Shown piece by piece: positions 1 through 8,860 of a stretch of DNA of 64,000 nt. Origin of the DNA: Kiritimatiellia bacterium (GTDB lineage Bacteria > Verrucomicrobiota > Kiritimatiellia > JAAZAB01). The stretch lies in contig JAXGPF010000016.1 in the NCBI GenBank assembly GCA_040767085.1, forward strand, positions 1 through 64,000, read 5' to 3'. The position numbers were made by a program, and so were the translations under genes. The first letter of the stretch is position 1, and every line of letters begins with the position of its first letter. The notes below the pieces were generated by a model, which was given only the letters and a program-made list of their open reading frames with translations, was not told where the DNA came from and did no database searches.

Positions 1-17
1 TCTGACCCCGTTTTCCC
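1..17 (-). repeat. Possible end of a GGGGTCAGA-type REP-like repeat, cut by the window edge
   Basis: Reverse strand reads GGGAAAACGGGGTCAGA. It resembles a motif I associate with REP/RAYT loci; single partial copy. Confidence 0.3.
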
Positions 18-78
18 CTTATTTTCCTATGGAACAAGGGTTTTCCCAAGGAAAACGAGGGTTCTTCAATCCCACGAA

Positions 79-250
79 TGACGTTCTACCTGAAAACTGG
101 ACCGTATTGAAAGAGAGTCCTCCATTGGGTAGAGTAGCCCGAGGAGGACAAAGATGGGAGGAAAACAGTTCCGTGAGGAACAGATAATCGGGGTGCTGAA
201 GGAGGCGGAAGCCGGGCGGCCGATTCCGGAGGTGTTGCGCAAACCCGGCA
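79..250 (+). mobile_element. IS3-family insertion sequence remnant (left end plus first ~32 codons of OrfA)
   Basis: TG-initiated IRL-like TGACGTTCTACCTGAAAACTGGACCG at 79, RBS GAGGAGG at 141, ATG at 154 giving MGGKQFREEQIIGVLKEAEAGRPIPEVLRKPG (typical IS3/IS407 OrfA start). Similarity is lost afterwards; no OrfB. Confidence 0.8.
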
Positions 251-285
251 GTTGGCAAGGGCAGCCAGCTTTAACACAACGGCCG

Positions 286-1437
286 TTACATCCAGCCGGT
301 CGCCTGCGCCAGCAGCCTGACGTATTCCACGAAGTTCGGCCATGAAACATCCGGCGGAATGCCATGGTCGCAGCCGGGAATGTACCCGCCATCGTCAATT
401 ACCGGACGCACCCGGTTGATTTCATCCACAATAGTCCGGCCGCCGCGGGCCATGGCGCGTTTGTCCACCCCGCCCCGGTAGGCCATATTGCGTCCGAATT
501 TCCGGCGGAATGCATTGATATCGTTCCCCGCGGCGACTTCAATGGGATCGCACGCATTAATGCCGGCCTCGATCCATAAGGGGATCAACTCCCCGATGAA
601 TCCGTCGGAATCCATGGCGTAAACCGGTACGCCCGCCCCGCGTATGATTTCGCCCCAATGCTGCCACACCGGCAGCAGATATTTTTTGGCCATATCCGGC
701 GAAATCATCGAAAAACTTTTATAAGCCATATCTTCGGAAACATGCACGCAATCCGGCACAACGAATTCAAAGGCGCGGCGGAGCAGTTTGGAAATAAAAT
801 CATCCCAGAATGCGATCATCTCGCCCACCAGCGCCGGATCATCGTAGAACATGACGCATAAATTTTCAAAGCCAAGCCACTCCCGCAACTGCCAGAATGG
901 GCCGTAAATCGGCTGGGACAGGAACCAGTTGCGCGAAGCCAGCATTTTGCCCCGTTCCGCCGGGTTTTCCGGCAGCCGGCCAGGGGAAAACACGTCATAT
1001 CGCTTCTTCATTTCCAGCCAATCGGCGCGGTTCTCCACCGGACACTTGATCCAGCGCCGGGTGACAAAATCGAATTTCTTGCTGCCTTTCCCGCCGAGAT
1101 ATTCCGGCGTATATTCCAGGCCGATTTCGCAGATATTGCCTTTCCAATCCTGCACCACCTGCGAGTTTTCGCGGCGCTCAATCACCTTGGTTTCGAATTC
1201 CGGCATCATCCGGAACTCGCAGGAAAAGCCTACGCCCGCCGGCGAATGCGGCGCCGGCCAATCCAAGTTCCCGCCGGCCTGCCGATAAGCATATTGATCA
1301 TAGTTTTTGACATCCGCCGGCAGACCCTCGGCATGCCAGCGCTCGAGTGTTGACTCGCGGCCGCCGCCCGGCTGGAGCGGAATCCGATCCGGTTTGTCAA
1401 ACAGCAAAGTTTTTATGTTCCGTTCCCGACTATTCAT
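286..1437 (-). CDS. Uroporphyrinogen decarboxylase (URO-D/MtaA-CmuA)-like family protein
   Basis: 383 aa with GPFWQLREWLGFE, EDMAYK..MISP, DSDG, GGVDK and GGYIPGCDHGIPPDV motifs; RBS GAGGAG upstream. Confidence 0.85.
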   Translation of the reverse strand: MNSRERNIKTLLFDKPDRIPLQPGGGRESTLERWHAEGLPADVKNYDQYAYRQAGGNLDWPAPHSPAGVGFSCEFRMMPEFETKVIERRENSQVVQDWKGNICEIGLEYTPEYLGGKGSKKFDFVTRRWIKCPVENRADWLEMKKRYDVFSPGRLPENPAERGKMLASRNWFLSQPIYGPFWQLREWLGFENLCVMFYDDPALVGEMIAFWDDFISKLLRRAFEFVVPDCVHVSEDMAYKSFSMISPDMAKKYLLPVWQHWGEIIRGAGVPVYAMDSDGFIGELIPLWIEAGINACDPIEVAAGNDINAFRRKFGRNMAYRGGVDKRAMARGGRTIVDEINRVRPVIDDGGYIPGCDHGIPPDVSWPNFVEYVRLLAQATGWM

Positions 1438-1518
1438 AAACTCCTCATGACATCATGATTCAATCATTATTGGATTGACACGCGCAGTCGTTTATGGCGC
1501 AATTGTATCAATCCATAA

Positions 1519-2418
1519 ATGGCAATATCAATTGACGACTCGATCATATTTATGGACGATTCAATCATAAAAACAAACTGCCCGGAAATCTGGCGCGAGA
1601 CCCAGTTCCGGCAGCCCAGCCCCATGGAACGGCAACTGGGATTATGGGTAGATCGCATTGGCGCCAGCGCGGGCAACTCAGCCGATCCGGGGCGCTTGCG
1701 AATTCTGGGCCAATACGCGGTGGTGGCTATTGAATCGGGACGTGGCGAATTGCGCACGATGTCCCATGGCATACGCAACCTGAGGCAGGGCGATGTGATT
1801 TTTCTGACTCCCACCGAGCCTGCATGTTATTATTCTGAGCCGGACTGGTTTACCCGGTGGGTAGTCTGGAACGGGGCGGAAGCCGACGCGCTTTTCAAAA
1901 TGCAATGCCTGGAAACGCGCGATACGGTCATTCACAATGCGGCGCCGGCGGTGCAGCGCGCTTGCGGCGAATTAAAGCGCTGCATGAACGGCGAGGACTT
2001 GAGCGCCGCCATCGAACGCAAGGTGATCATCCTCCAGATGCTGCTGGAGTTGCGGCGCGGACTGCAATTCCGCGAACCGGCCCGCAAGCCGGCCATGGTG
2101 GCAGTGGTGGAGCATATCGAACGGAACTTGGACCAGCCATGGACCATGGCCGAACTGGCGCGGCTGGCGCGCTTGAGCATCCCCCACTTCCGGCGTTTGT
2201 TTGTCGCCTTTACCGGGCGGCCGCCCTCCGTGTTCATCGCCGCCAAGCGCGTGGGACGCGCCAAAACTCTATTGGCGGAGGGTGTCTCCATCAAGGAAAC
2301 CGCCGCCCTGGTCGGTTATCCCGACCCGGCCTATTTCATGCGCGTTTTCCGCCGGGTGGCGGGCGAAACCGCCGGGCACTTTGCCGCGGGCGGCGGGCGC
2401 CAGGCCGGCGGCGAGTGA
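1519..2418 (+). CDS. AraC-family transcriptional regulator (start may be 1552 or later)
   Basis: C-terminal double HTH (ELARLARLSIPHFRRLF...SIKETAALVGYPDPAYFMRVFRR) and cupin-like N-terminus; divergent from the URO-D-like gene. Confidence 0.9.
   Translation: MAISIDDSIIFMDDSIIKTNCPEIWRETQFRQPSPMERQLGLWVDRIGASAGNSADPGRLRILGQYAVVAIESGRGELRTMSHGIRNLRQGDVIFLTPTEPACYYSEPDWFTRWVVWNGAEADALFKMQCLETRDTVIHNAAPAVQRACGELKRCMNGEDLSAAIERKVIILQMLLELRRGLQFREPARKPAMVAVVEHIERNLDQPWTMAELARLARLSIPHFRRLFVAFTGRPPSVFIAAKRVGRAKTLLAEGVSIKETAALVGYPDPAYFMRVFRRVAGETAGHFAAGGGRQAGGE
1534..1569. promoter_or_regulatory. Putative AraC operator: direct repeat with 21-bp spacing
   Basis: GACGACTCGATCATA at 1534 and GACGATTCAATCATA at 1555; a related GATTCAATCAT lies at 1457. 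Confidence 0.45.
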
Positions 2419-2552
2419 CTCATGCTGTTTTTCGTAGAACCGGAAAATCGCGCTGATTTCCGTGCGCCCCGAGTGATTGCCTTGAAATCCCGATCAAATT
2501 CGATTTTGACCGCCCTAAAATCGTGGTGTATCAACCCGGATGTTGATTTTTG

Positions 2553-2587
2553 TTTACAATAATTATCATTTATATATACTATCGAGC
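2553..2587 (+). promoter_or_regulatory. sigma70-like promoter, probably leaderless, for the AbiE operon
   Basis: TTTACA-N16-TATACT-N7-ATG(2588); no Shine-Dalgarno. Confidence 0.6.
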
Positions 2588-3229
2588 ATGAATTTTGATG
2601 AATTTCTAAAAATGCTCAGTACGCAGGTTTGTTTTGATTTGCCGACAGCCACGCAAATTTGCCGGATCAACCCGACCAATCTGAATGTGCAAATCAGTCG
2701 GTGGATAAAGGCCGGCAAGCTGATTCCGTTGCGTCGGGGAATGTATGCGTTCGATACAAGGTATCGGCACGCCGAAATTAATCCGGCGCAATTGGCAAAT
2801 TCGATTTATACGCCATCGTATTTAAGCATGCAATGGGCATTGAGTTTTTACGGGTTAATCCCGGAAAAGGCGCGTACTTTCACATCCATCACAACACGCG
2901 GCCCAAAAACGTTCACCAATTCATTCGGCCAGTTTACATACCGCCATGTAAAAACTGAAGCTTTTTTCGGATACCAAAGCCATGCGATGAATGGCGCGAA
3001 GGTATTAATGGCTGTCCCTGAAAAAGCGCTGCTTGATTTATGGCATTTGGAATCAGGCCTATGGGACAAGGCACGCATGACGGAAATGCGTTTTCAGAAC
3101 ACAGAAATTGTTGACAATAAACTATTAATGAATTTTGCCGACCGGATGCATTCACCGCGGTTGATTGTGGCGGCTTCGATTTGGTGCAAATTGATGGAAA
3201 CTGAGCGGCAAGAGACCGTGGAATTATGA
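2588..3229 (+). CDS. abiEi: Type IV TA antitoxin AbiEi-family protein
   Basis: N-terminal wHTH (ISRWIKAGKLIPLRRGMY), PSYLSMQWALSFYGLIPE and PEKALLD motifs; ATGA overlap with the toxin gene. Confidence 0.85.
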   Translation: MNFDEFLKMLSTQVCFDLPTATQICRINPTNLNVQISRWIKAGKLIPLRRGMYAFDTRYRHAEINPAQLANSIYTPSYLSMQWALSFYGLIPEKARTFTSITTRGPKTFTNSFGQFTYRHVKTEAFFGYQSHAMNGAKVLMAVPEKALLDLWHLESGLWDKARMTEMRFQNTEIVDNKLLMNFADRMHSPRLIVAASIWCKLMETERQETVEL

Positions 3230-4026
3230 AAGAAGAAGCATTGTCATTGGCGGCCGGCGTAGTGGATCCGGCCGGCAAACTAAACGTTTTGCGCGAATAT
3301 ATTCAGGCGCTGACGCTACGCTCACTCCACGAAAGCCAAGCCTTTCTCAAATTGGCTTTTGTGGGCGGAACAGCATTGCGCTTCATTGCCGCTTTGCCCA
3401 GGTTTTCCGAAGATTTGGACTTTTCGTTGCACCATGCAGAAGGCTACGACCCCGAGCGTTGGCTGAAAAAAATCAAGACCGATTTGACCTTGGCCGGATT
3501 CGTCGTGCATGTAAGTTGGAACAGTAAAACCACTGTTCACAAAGCATGGATTAAAATTTCAGAAATCCTGAAAGCAACCGGATTGGCGCCCATGACCCAG
3601 CAAAATCTTTCCATTAAGCTGGAAATTGACACCAATCCCCCGGCCGGCGCGGTTGTTCAACGCAGCTTAATCACCCGCCACCGGTTGCTGGCACTGCAGC
3701 ACTACGACATGTGTTCATTACTGGCCGGTAAAATTCATGCGCTTTTAACCCGTAGTTATCCCAAAGGGCGGGACTGGTATGATCTGCTGTGGTATATGGG
3801 CCACCGCCCGCCGCTGGAACCAAATCTCATTCAACTTAAAAACGCTTTACATCAGACACAGGGGACTGACGCTCCGGATGCGGCGCAATGGAAACATATT
3901 ATCCTTAACCGAATGAACGATATTGATTGTCAGAAGCTGGCGGCTGATGTCGCGCCATTCCTGGAGCATCCGGACGAAGCGGATTTGCTTACCGCAGCCA
4001 ATATCCAAGCCGCGCTAAATAACTGA
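3226..4026 (+). CDS. abiEii: Type IV TA toxin, AbiEii/AbiGii nucleotidyltransferase
   Basis: GGTALR, RFSEDLDF, KIHALL and KGRDWYDL motifs. Confidence 0.9.
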   Translation: MKEEALSLAAGVVDPAGKLNVLREYIQALTLRSLHESQAFLKLAFVGGTALRFIAALPRFSEDLDFSLHHAEGYDPERWLKKIKTDLTLAGFVVHVSWNSKTTVHKAWIKISEILKATGLAPMTQQNLSIKLEIDTNPPAGAVVQRSLITRHRLLALQHYDMCSLLAGKIHALLTRSYPKGRDWYDLLWYMGHRPPLEPNLIQLKNALHQTQGTDAPDAAQWKHIILNRMNDIDCQKLAADVAPFLEHPDEADLLTAANIQAALNN

Positions 4027-4094
4027 TTCCGCTGAAAAACGCCGGAAAACAGTCCGCGAGACTGCTGACCCTCCCCGGGCAACAGTAGAGTTGC

Positions 4095-4116
4095 TTTCAA
4101 AACTTTGGTTTTGAAA
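4095..4116. terminator. AT-rich hairpin between convergent genes (possible terminator)
   Basis: TTTCAAAAC-TTTG-GTTTTGAAA perfect 9-bp stem. Confidence 0.3.
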
Positions 4117-4117
4117 A

Positions 4118-5401
4118 TCACTCTCTGGATTCAGCCCTCAGCCTATCTCTTCTGATACCCAGCAGTGCGTCCAGACCATAAGCGGCCAGGATGGCCAGGG
4201 CCAATTGAAAGATCTGCAGGAACTTGTTGGGATTACGGATATTGCCAACCAGCGGCAACTGGTAAAACAGGTAATACAGCGGGAAATTCTTGCCGAACGC
4301 CAGCAGCAAGGTCAACAAGGCCGCGGCGCTCCAGAACCAGACTTCGCCCGCCGCATGGGAGGCCGGCCAAACCAACGCATCGCCGCCGCGCCTGCGCCAT
4401 GCCATGACGACACAGAGCAGTGCAAAACACGCCAGCGCCACGGGAATGGCGCCCAGGTAAACATTTTCCAGCTTGAAATTCTGAAAGCCCTGTTTCGTCT
4501 GCTCCCACCCCGCCGACCGCCCCATACGCCCCCAATAAGGCCCGGCCGGCTCGCCCGACCGCCAACCGGTATAGCCGGGTGCGATGAAATCAATCGTCTC
4601 CTCCGGCGGCCAGCTCCATTGGGTGACGAACTCCCATTTCGCGGCCGGGGATTCCTCGCTGACCGCTGACACATCTTTGATATTGGCGCGATACCCCTCC
4701 AAAGCCGGACGCAAGGCGATCAAAAACGCCGGCGCCAGCAAGAACGCGAGCAATCTGGCGCAGGCCCATCGACGTGCCCCGCATTTGAAATACAATACAA
4801 ACAGCGCATACAGCCCCAGCGGCATGGCAAAAAACAATCCCACATCCGCCTGTTCCACCATCATCATCCCTATGACGCCCCCGGCGGCAACCAGCCCGCT
4901 GGCGCGGCGCTTGGATGCCGGCAAGCGTCCCATGATCCAGAGAAACAATGCGGCAAAAAACAAAATCCCGAACTTCGATGTATGCCCGGCATACGTCAAT
5001 GTAAAATTTGACCCCAGCCAAAAGGCTGTCAGCCCCCCCAACATAACAGCCGGCCAGCCCATCCCTTCCCGCCGTAAATATCCCATCAGCAGCAGCGACG
5101 CGGCAGCAAGATAAATGGCGTGCATCCAGGAGGTGAACAGCACAGACGGCAATAGCGTCAGGATTCCGAATGTTATGCTGGCTGGCATATAGTCTCCTGA
5201 CCCAGCCAATATGGCGTCATACCAGCAACTCCAAAAGGCACCTGGCAGCATAGCCTTTATCATTGTGTTTTGACCGATATTATTATCGGTGCAAAAAAGG
5301 GTCACACCCGGAGCCATCAACGATTTGAACATGATCAGGGCAAACATCACCATGCCGGTAAAGTTCAGCAGTGCATGGCCTTTTTCTGACTTTTCTTTCA
5401 T
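4118..5401 (-). CDS. Polytopic membrane protein, YfhO-like/GT-C glycosyltransferase N-terminal region, possibly truncated
   Basis: Many TM segments; YAGH..K, WSWPPEE, YWGRMG, YLG and LP...IRNPNKF motifs as in YfhO-like proteins; TTGACA-N17-GATACT upstream. Confidence 0.65.
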   Translation of the reverse strand: MKEKSEKGHALLNFTGMVMFALIMFKSLMAPGVTLFCTDNNIGQNTMIKAMLPGAFWSCWYDAILAGSGDYMPASITFGILTLLPSVLFTSWMHAIYLAAASLLLMGYLRREGMGWPAVMLGGLTAFWLGSNFTLTYAGHTSKFGILFFAALFLWIMGRLPASKRRASGLVAAGGVIGMMMVEQADVGLFFAMPLGLYALFVLYFKCGARRWACARLLAFLLAPAFLIALRPALEGYRANIKDVSAVSEESPAAKWEFVTQWSWPPEETIDFIAPGYTGWRSGEPAGPYWGRMGRSAGWEQTKQGFQNFKLENVYLGAIPVALACFALLCVVMAWRRRGGDALVWPASHAAGEVWFWSAAALLTLLLAFGKNFPLYYLFYQLPLVGNIRNPNKFLQIFQLALAILAAYGLDALLGIRRDRLRAESRE

Positions 5402-5770
5402 ATTATTGCATCAGTTTCTGATTAATGCGTCCCTGCTTTTGATATGTTAATCAGTATCGCTCCCCGGCCGGCAAATGTCAAATATTATTGTGCGGAATTC
5501 AAATTGCGCTTGACAAAACCCCTTTGTTTTTGCACGCTTTAAATCATTATAAAATATTCGTTTACATCAATATCAACACATCAACATGAATGCACGTCCG
5601 CGCCGTTTTCAAACGATTGCCGGGCATAGACCGTTCCATTGATGCGGGCGGAGGTGAAACGGCGTGGCGATACCGAGGAGGGATGGCGGGTGAGTGGGTG
5701 ACAGTAGTTAATCGTTTTTACATGTCAACCATTCATCCGGTCGCCTTGTCACGTTGAGAGGATATAAGCT

Positions 5771-6745
5771 TTGATTTCACCCAAGGAAACAATCCGCTGT
5801 AGTGTGGGCGTGACGGCCTACAACGAGGAAAAGAATATTGGCCCGCTGATGCAGGCCCTGCTTGATCAGCAACTCCACAAGGTCGAGATTGTGGAGATTA
5901 TTGTGGTTGCCAGCGCCTGTACAGACCGCACAGTGCCGATTATCAAAGAGTACGCGGCCTTGGATCCGCGTGTAAAGCTCATCGAGCAGGAACGGCGGGA
6001 GGGTAAGACCAGCGCCATCAATCTCTTCCTGGCCGCCACCACCACCGACATCTGCGTGCTGGAGAGCGGCGATACCCTGCCCGACCAGCACACAGTGGAG
6101 CATCTGGTGCGGATATTTGCCGACCCGGAGGTTGGGATGGTGGGCGCGCATAAGATACCGGTCAACCCGCCCGATCACATCGCCGGGCAGCTCAGCCACA
6201 TCCGCCTGCGCATGGAGCACACCCTCTGTCTGGAAACTCCCCGGCTGGGCGAGATGATCGCCTTTCGGAAGATCTTTGCGCAGCTTCCGCCGGATGTAGC
6301 CATGGACGAGGCCTTTGTGGAAGCGATTGTAGCCGAGCGGGGGATGCGTGTCCAATACGCGCCGGACGCCATCGTTTACAACACCGGGCCGGACACCATC
6401 AAGGATTTTATCAAGCAGCGGCGGCGCAACCACGCGGGCCACCTCTATCTGAAGCATAAATATGGCTACGCGGTGAGCAGCATCCAAAATCGGCGGGTGT
6501 TGAAGATCGCGTTCAAGGAGATATGGGGCGTCGTCCAGTTTCTGTGGGCCTTGTTTTTACTGGGTGTGCTGGAGAGCTGGAGCCGTCTGCTGGGCTGGTA
6601 TGATTTTGCGGTCAAGCGCAACCGGCATGTGGTGTGGGATATTGCCTGGAGCCAGAAGCAGAATGTGCGGGATGTGAAGGATCGCCGCGGAGAGAAGACC
6701 AGGGCAGACCAGTCTGCCCGCGACACCAATGGCAAAAAGCAGTAG
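5771..6745 (+). CDS. GT2 glycosyltransferase
   Basis: VTAYNEE, GKTSAIN, DE and QRRR motifs with a C-terminal hydrophobic helix; TTG start with GAGAGG RBS. Confidence 0.85.
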   Translation: MISPKETIRCSVGVTAYNEEKNIGPLMQALLDQQLHKVEIVEIIVVASACTDRTVPIIKEYAALDPRVKLIEQERREGKTSAINLFLAATTTDICVLESGDTLPDQHTVEHLVRIFADPEVGMVGAHKIPVNPPDHIAGQLSHIRLRMEHTLCLETPRLGEMIAFRKIFAQLPPDVAMDEAFVEAIVAERGMRVQYAPDAIVYNTGPDTIKDFIKQRRRNHAGHLYLKHKYGYAVSSIQNRRVLKIAFKEIWGVVQFLWALFLLGVLESWSRLLGWYDFAVKRNRHVVWDIAWSQKQNVRDVKDRRGEKTRADQSARDTNGKKQ

Positions 6746-6825
6746 ATGTATTGTGCCAAACGGCAACCGCCTCCGCCCACCATGGCTGAAGCGCACGTAG
6801 ATCCTGGATAGCGTTTTCCCGGGGA

Positions 6826-8037
6826 TTATGACGACCGGAGAACTAATTCCAACAAAGGCTTGACGGTGGCCGCGACCACGGTATTAACGCTGAAATGTTT
6901 TTTTGCGTGATCCTGCGCAACGCGGCCCATTGCCATCCGCTTGCTGCGGTCAACAACCAGCTCCAGCAGTTTCTCCTCAAATTCGTCCATATTGGCCGGA
7001 TCGAAAAGCAAGCCATTGCTGTTTTCCACGACCACTTCCGCCATGCCGCCAAGACGGGCTGCCAGCACCGGCAGACCGCATGCCATGGAGTGCACCAGAG
7101 CGCCGGTAAGGTGGAAATGATCTGAGGCCAGTCCGATACGCATGGCCAATCCGATATCGCCGGCATTCAGCGCTATATTCACATCCGCCAAATGCTCCAG
7201 CCAGCCGGTAAAACGCACTTGCTTCTCCAGGTGGAGTCCCGCGACCAATTCGCGCAAACTGCCCATGGTCGGCCCGTCGCCTATCAGCAAATACTTCAGT
7301 TCCGGGTGGCTGGGAATCAATCCGGCGATGACCCGGATGATCCGGTCATTGCCTTTATTGGGGTGCAGGATGCCATGGTGCACCAGTACAACATCATCGT
7401 CAGAGAAGCCGTAGCGTTGCCGGGCAGCCCGGCGTTCCTCCGGCGGCAACGGACGGTAAATGCTGAAATCGCAGGGATCGTAAACCGGATGTATCCGGCC
7501 AGGCGCAATGCCATGATCCGCCAGATGAACCGCCGCCGCCCTCGTGCGCGTGTAAATCAACGGCATTTTACGCAAGGCGTAATAATCGCATGCCTTGACG
7601 AGCCGGGCCAGGAATCTGGCGGCGACACTCCTGCCGGCATAAATGTCGACAAACACATCCGCGAAAGTCATGGCGACCCGGGGGCCGAAAAACAACCAAG
7701 CCCAAAGCCCCGTTAAAGGGATGGTTTCATCAAGATATAACGCCTTGCAGCCCATCATGCGGCATCTCAACGCCATATACGGCACGCACAAGATCCACAG
7801 GCATGTTTTCACAAACTTATCGCCCAGGCGGTCCCGGCGGCATCCAAACGGCAAAAAATGCAGGCGGGTATGCCGGGCGATTACATCCGGCGGGGGCACG
7901 TCGCTTCGCATGCTCCAATAGTGTATCTCCGCCTGCTCCGACAACTTCTGGATCACCAGCGGCAGGGCATGAAACAACTCGGTATGCGAACCCGCGCCGT
8001 AACGGAACAAAAACGCCAGACGAGGTTTGTTCTCCAT
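6826..8037 (-). CDS. GT4 (GT-B fold) glycosyltransferase
   Basis: HGILHPNKG, IGDGP, MACGLPVLA..LGG..EVV and NGLLFDP motifs. Confidence 0.9.
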   Translation of the reverse strand: MENKPRLAFLFRYGAGSHTELFHALPLVIQKLSEQAEIHYWSMRSDVPPPDVIARHTRLHFLPFGCRRDRLGDKFVKTCLWILCVPYMALRCRMMGCKALYLDETIPLTGLWAWLFFGPRVAMTFADVFVDIYAGRSVAARFLARLVKACDYYALRKMPLIYTRTRAAAVHLADHGIAPGRIHPVYDPCDFSIYRPLPPEERRAARQRYGFSDDDVVLVHHGILHPNKGNDRIIRVIAGLIPSHPELKYLLIGDGPTMGSLRELVAGLHLEKQVRFTGWLEHLADVNIALNAGDIGLAMRIGLASDHFHLTGALVHSMACGLPVLAARLGGMAEVVVENSNGLLFDPANMDEFEEKLLELVVDRSKRMAMGRVAQDHAKKHFSVNTVVAATVKPLLELVLRSS

Positions 8038-8039
8038 AG

Positions 8040-8840
8040 CTACACCCGCAACGTCTCGCGCTTGAATTCATTAATATAATTGGCGACAGTTTCCCGGCTT
8101 GCCGGCAAATCCATCAACGCGCTGACTTTTTGGACGTTCAACTCCGCGCGCACAAGCGGCAGTTCCTCCGCGGGTGCAAGGGGGCATCCGATCCAGGCCG
8201 CCGCCTCACGCAAAGATACAACTCCGCGCGCGGAAATGTTGTAGAGGGTATGATCTTCCGGCAGTTTGGGCAACAAATCGAAAATGGAACGGGCCAGATC
8301 GCGCGTATCCATGAACTGGAATTCCGAATCCGGATGCACATGCAACGCTTGCCCGGCCAGCAGGTCGTGAATGGCGTTTTTTTTCAATCCCGGACCGACA
8401 AATCCGCCCATCCGCAGGATGAGATGTTTCGCGGCGTATTTCCGCACCAGTTGCTCGGCCAGCCATTTATGAAAGCCGTAGTTGGTCATGCCGGCCGGAT
8501 CGAGGGCGGCGGTCTCCGCGTTCAAGCCTGGATCGTCTTCCCGGGGATAAATGGCGCCGCTGGACAGATGCACAAAATAATCATATCGGAAATCATGCAG
8601 AATGCGCATGACCGCATTCACGGACAAATCAAAACCGCGGAGAGGATCTTCCGCATCGAGATATTTCCGCGAATTCCCGGCGGCATTGATCAGCACGTCC
8701 GCGCGCGACCCGCGCCAGGCATCGTAGTTATCCAAATCCACGGCCATAACTTCCAGGCCGAGGCGCCGGGCGCACGCGGCAATGGCCGACCCGATAAAGC
8801 CCTTGGCGCCCAGCACAATACATTTGGAAAAAGACGTCAT
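8040..8840 (-). CDS. NAD-dependent epimerase/dehydratase (extended SDR)
   Basis: GAKGFIG Rossmann motif and YGFHK catalytic motif; start placed at MTSFSK. Confidence 0.85.
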   Translation of the reverse strand: MTSFSKCIVLGAKGFIGSAIAACARRLGLEVMAVDLDNYDAWRGSRADVLINAAGNSRKYLDAEDPLRGFDLSVNAVMRILHDFRYDYFVHLSSGAIYPREDDPGLNAETAALDPAGMTNYGFHKWLAEQLVRKYAAKHLILRMGGFVGPGLKKNAIHDLLAGQALHVHPDSEFQFMDTRDLARSIFDLLPKLPEDHTLYNISARGVVSLREAAAWIGCPLAPAEELPLVRAELNVQKVSALMDLPASRETVANYINEFKRETLRV

Positions 8841-8860
8841 AATTTGTGGCTGCCGAAAAT

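Noticed and set aside
2419-4117. Integron cassette (attC) boundaries around the AbiE pair
   Set aside because: Only short hairpins such as ATCAAC-N6-GTTGAT; no convincing R''/L''/L'/R' arrangement and no integrase.
5586-5667. Leader peptide/attenuator or riboswitch before the GT2 gene (18-aa ORF; CCGCGCCGTTTTCA can pair with TGAAACGGCGTGG)
   Set aside because: No regulatory codon run, no U-tailed terminator and no recognisable riboswitch consensus; an Rfam search would be needed.
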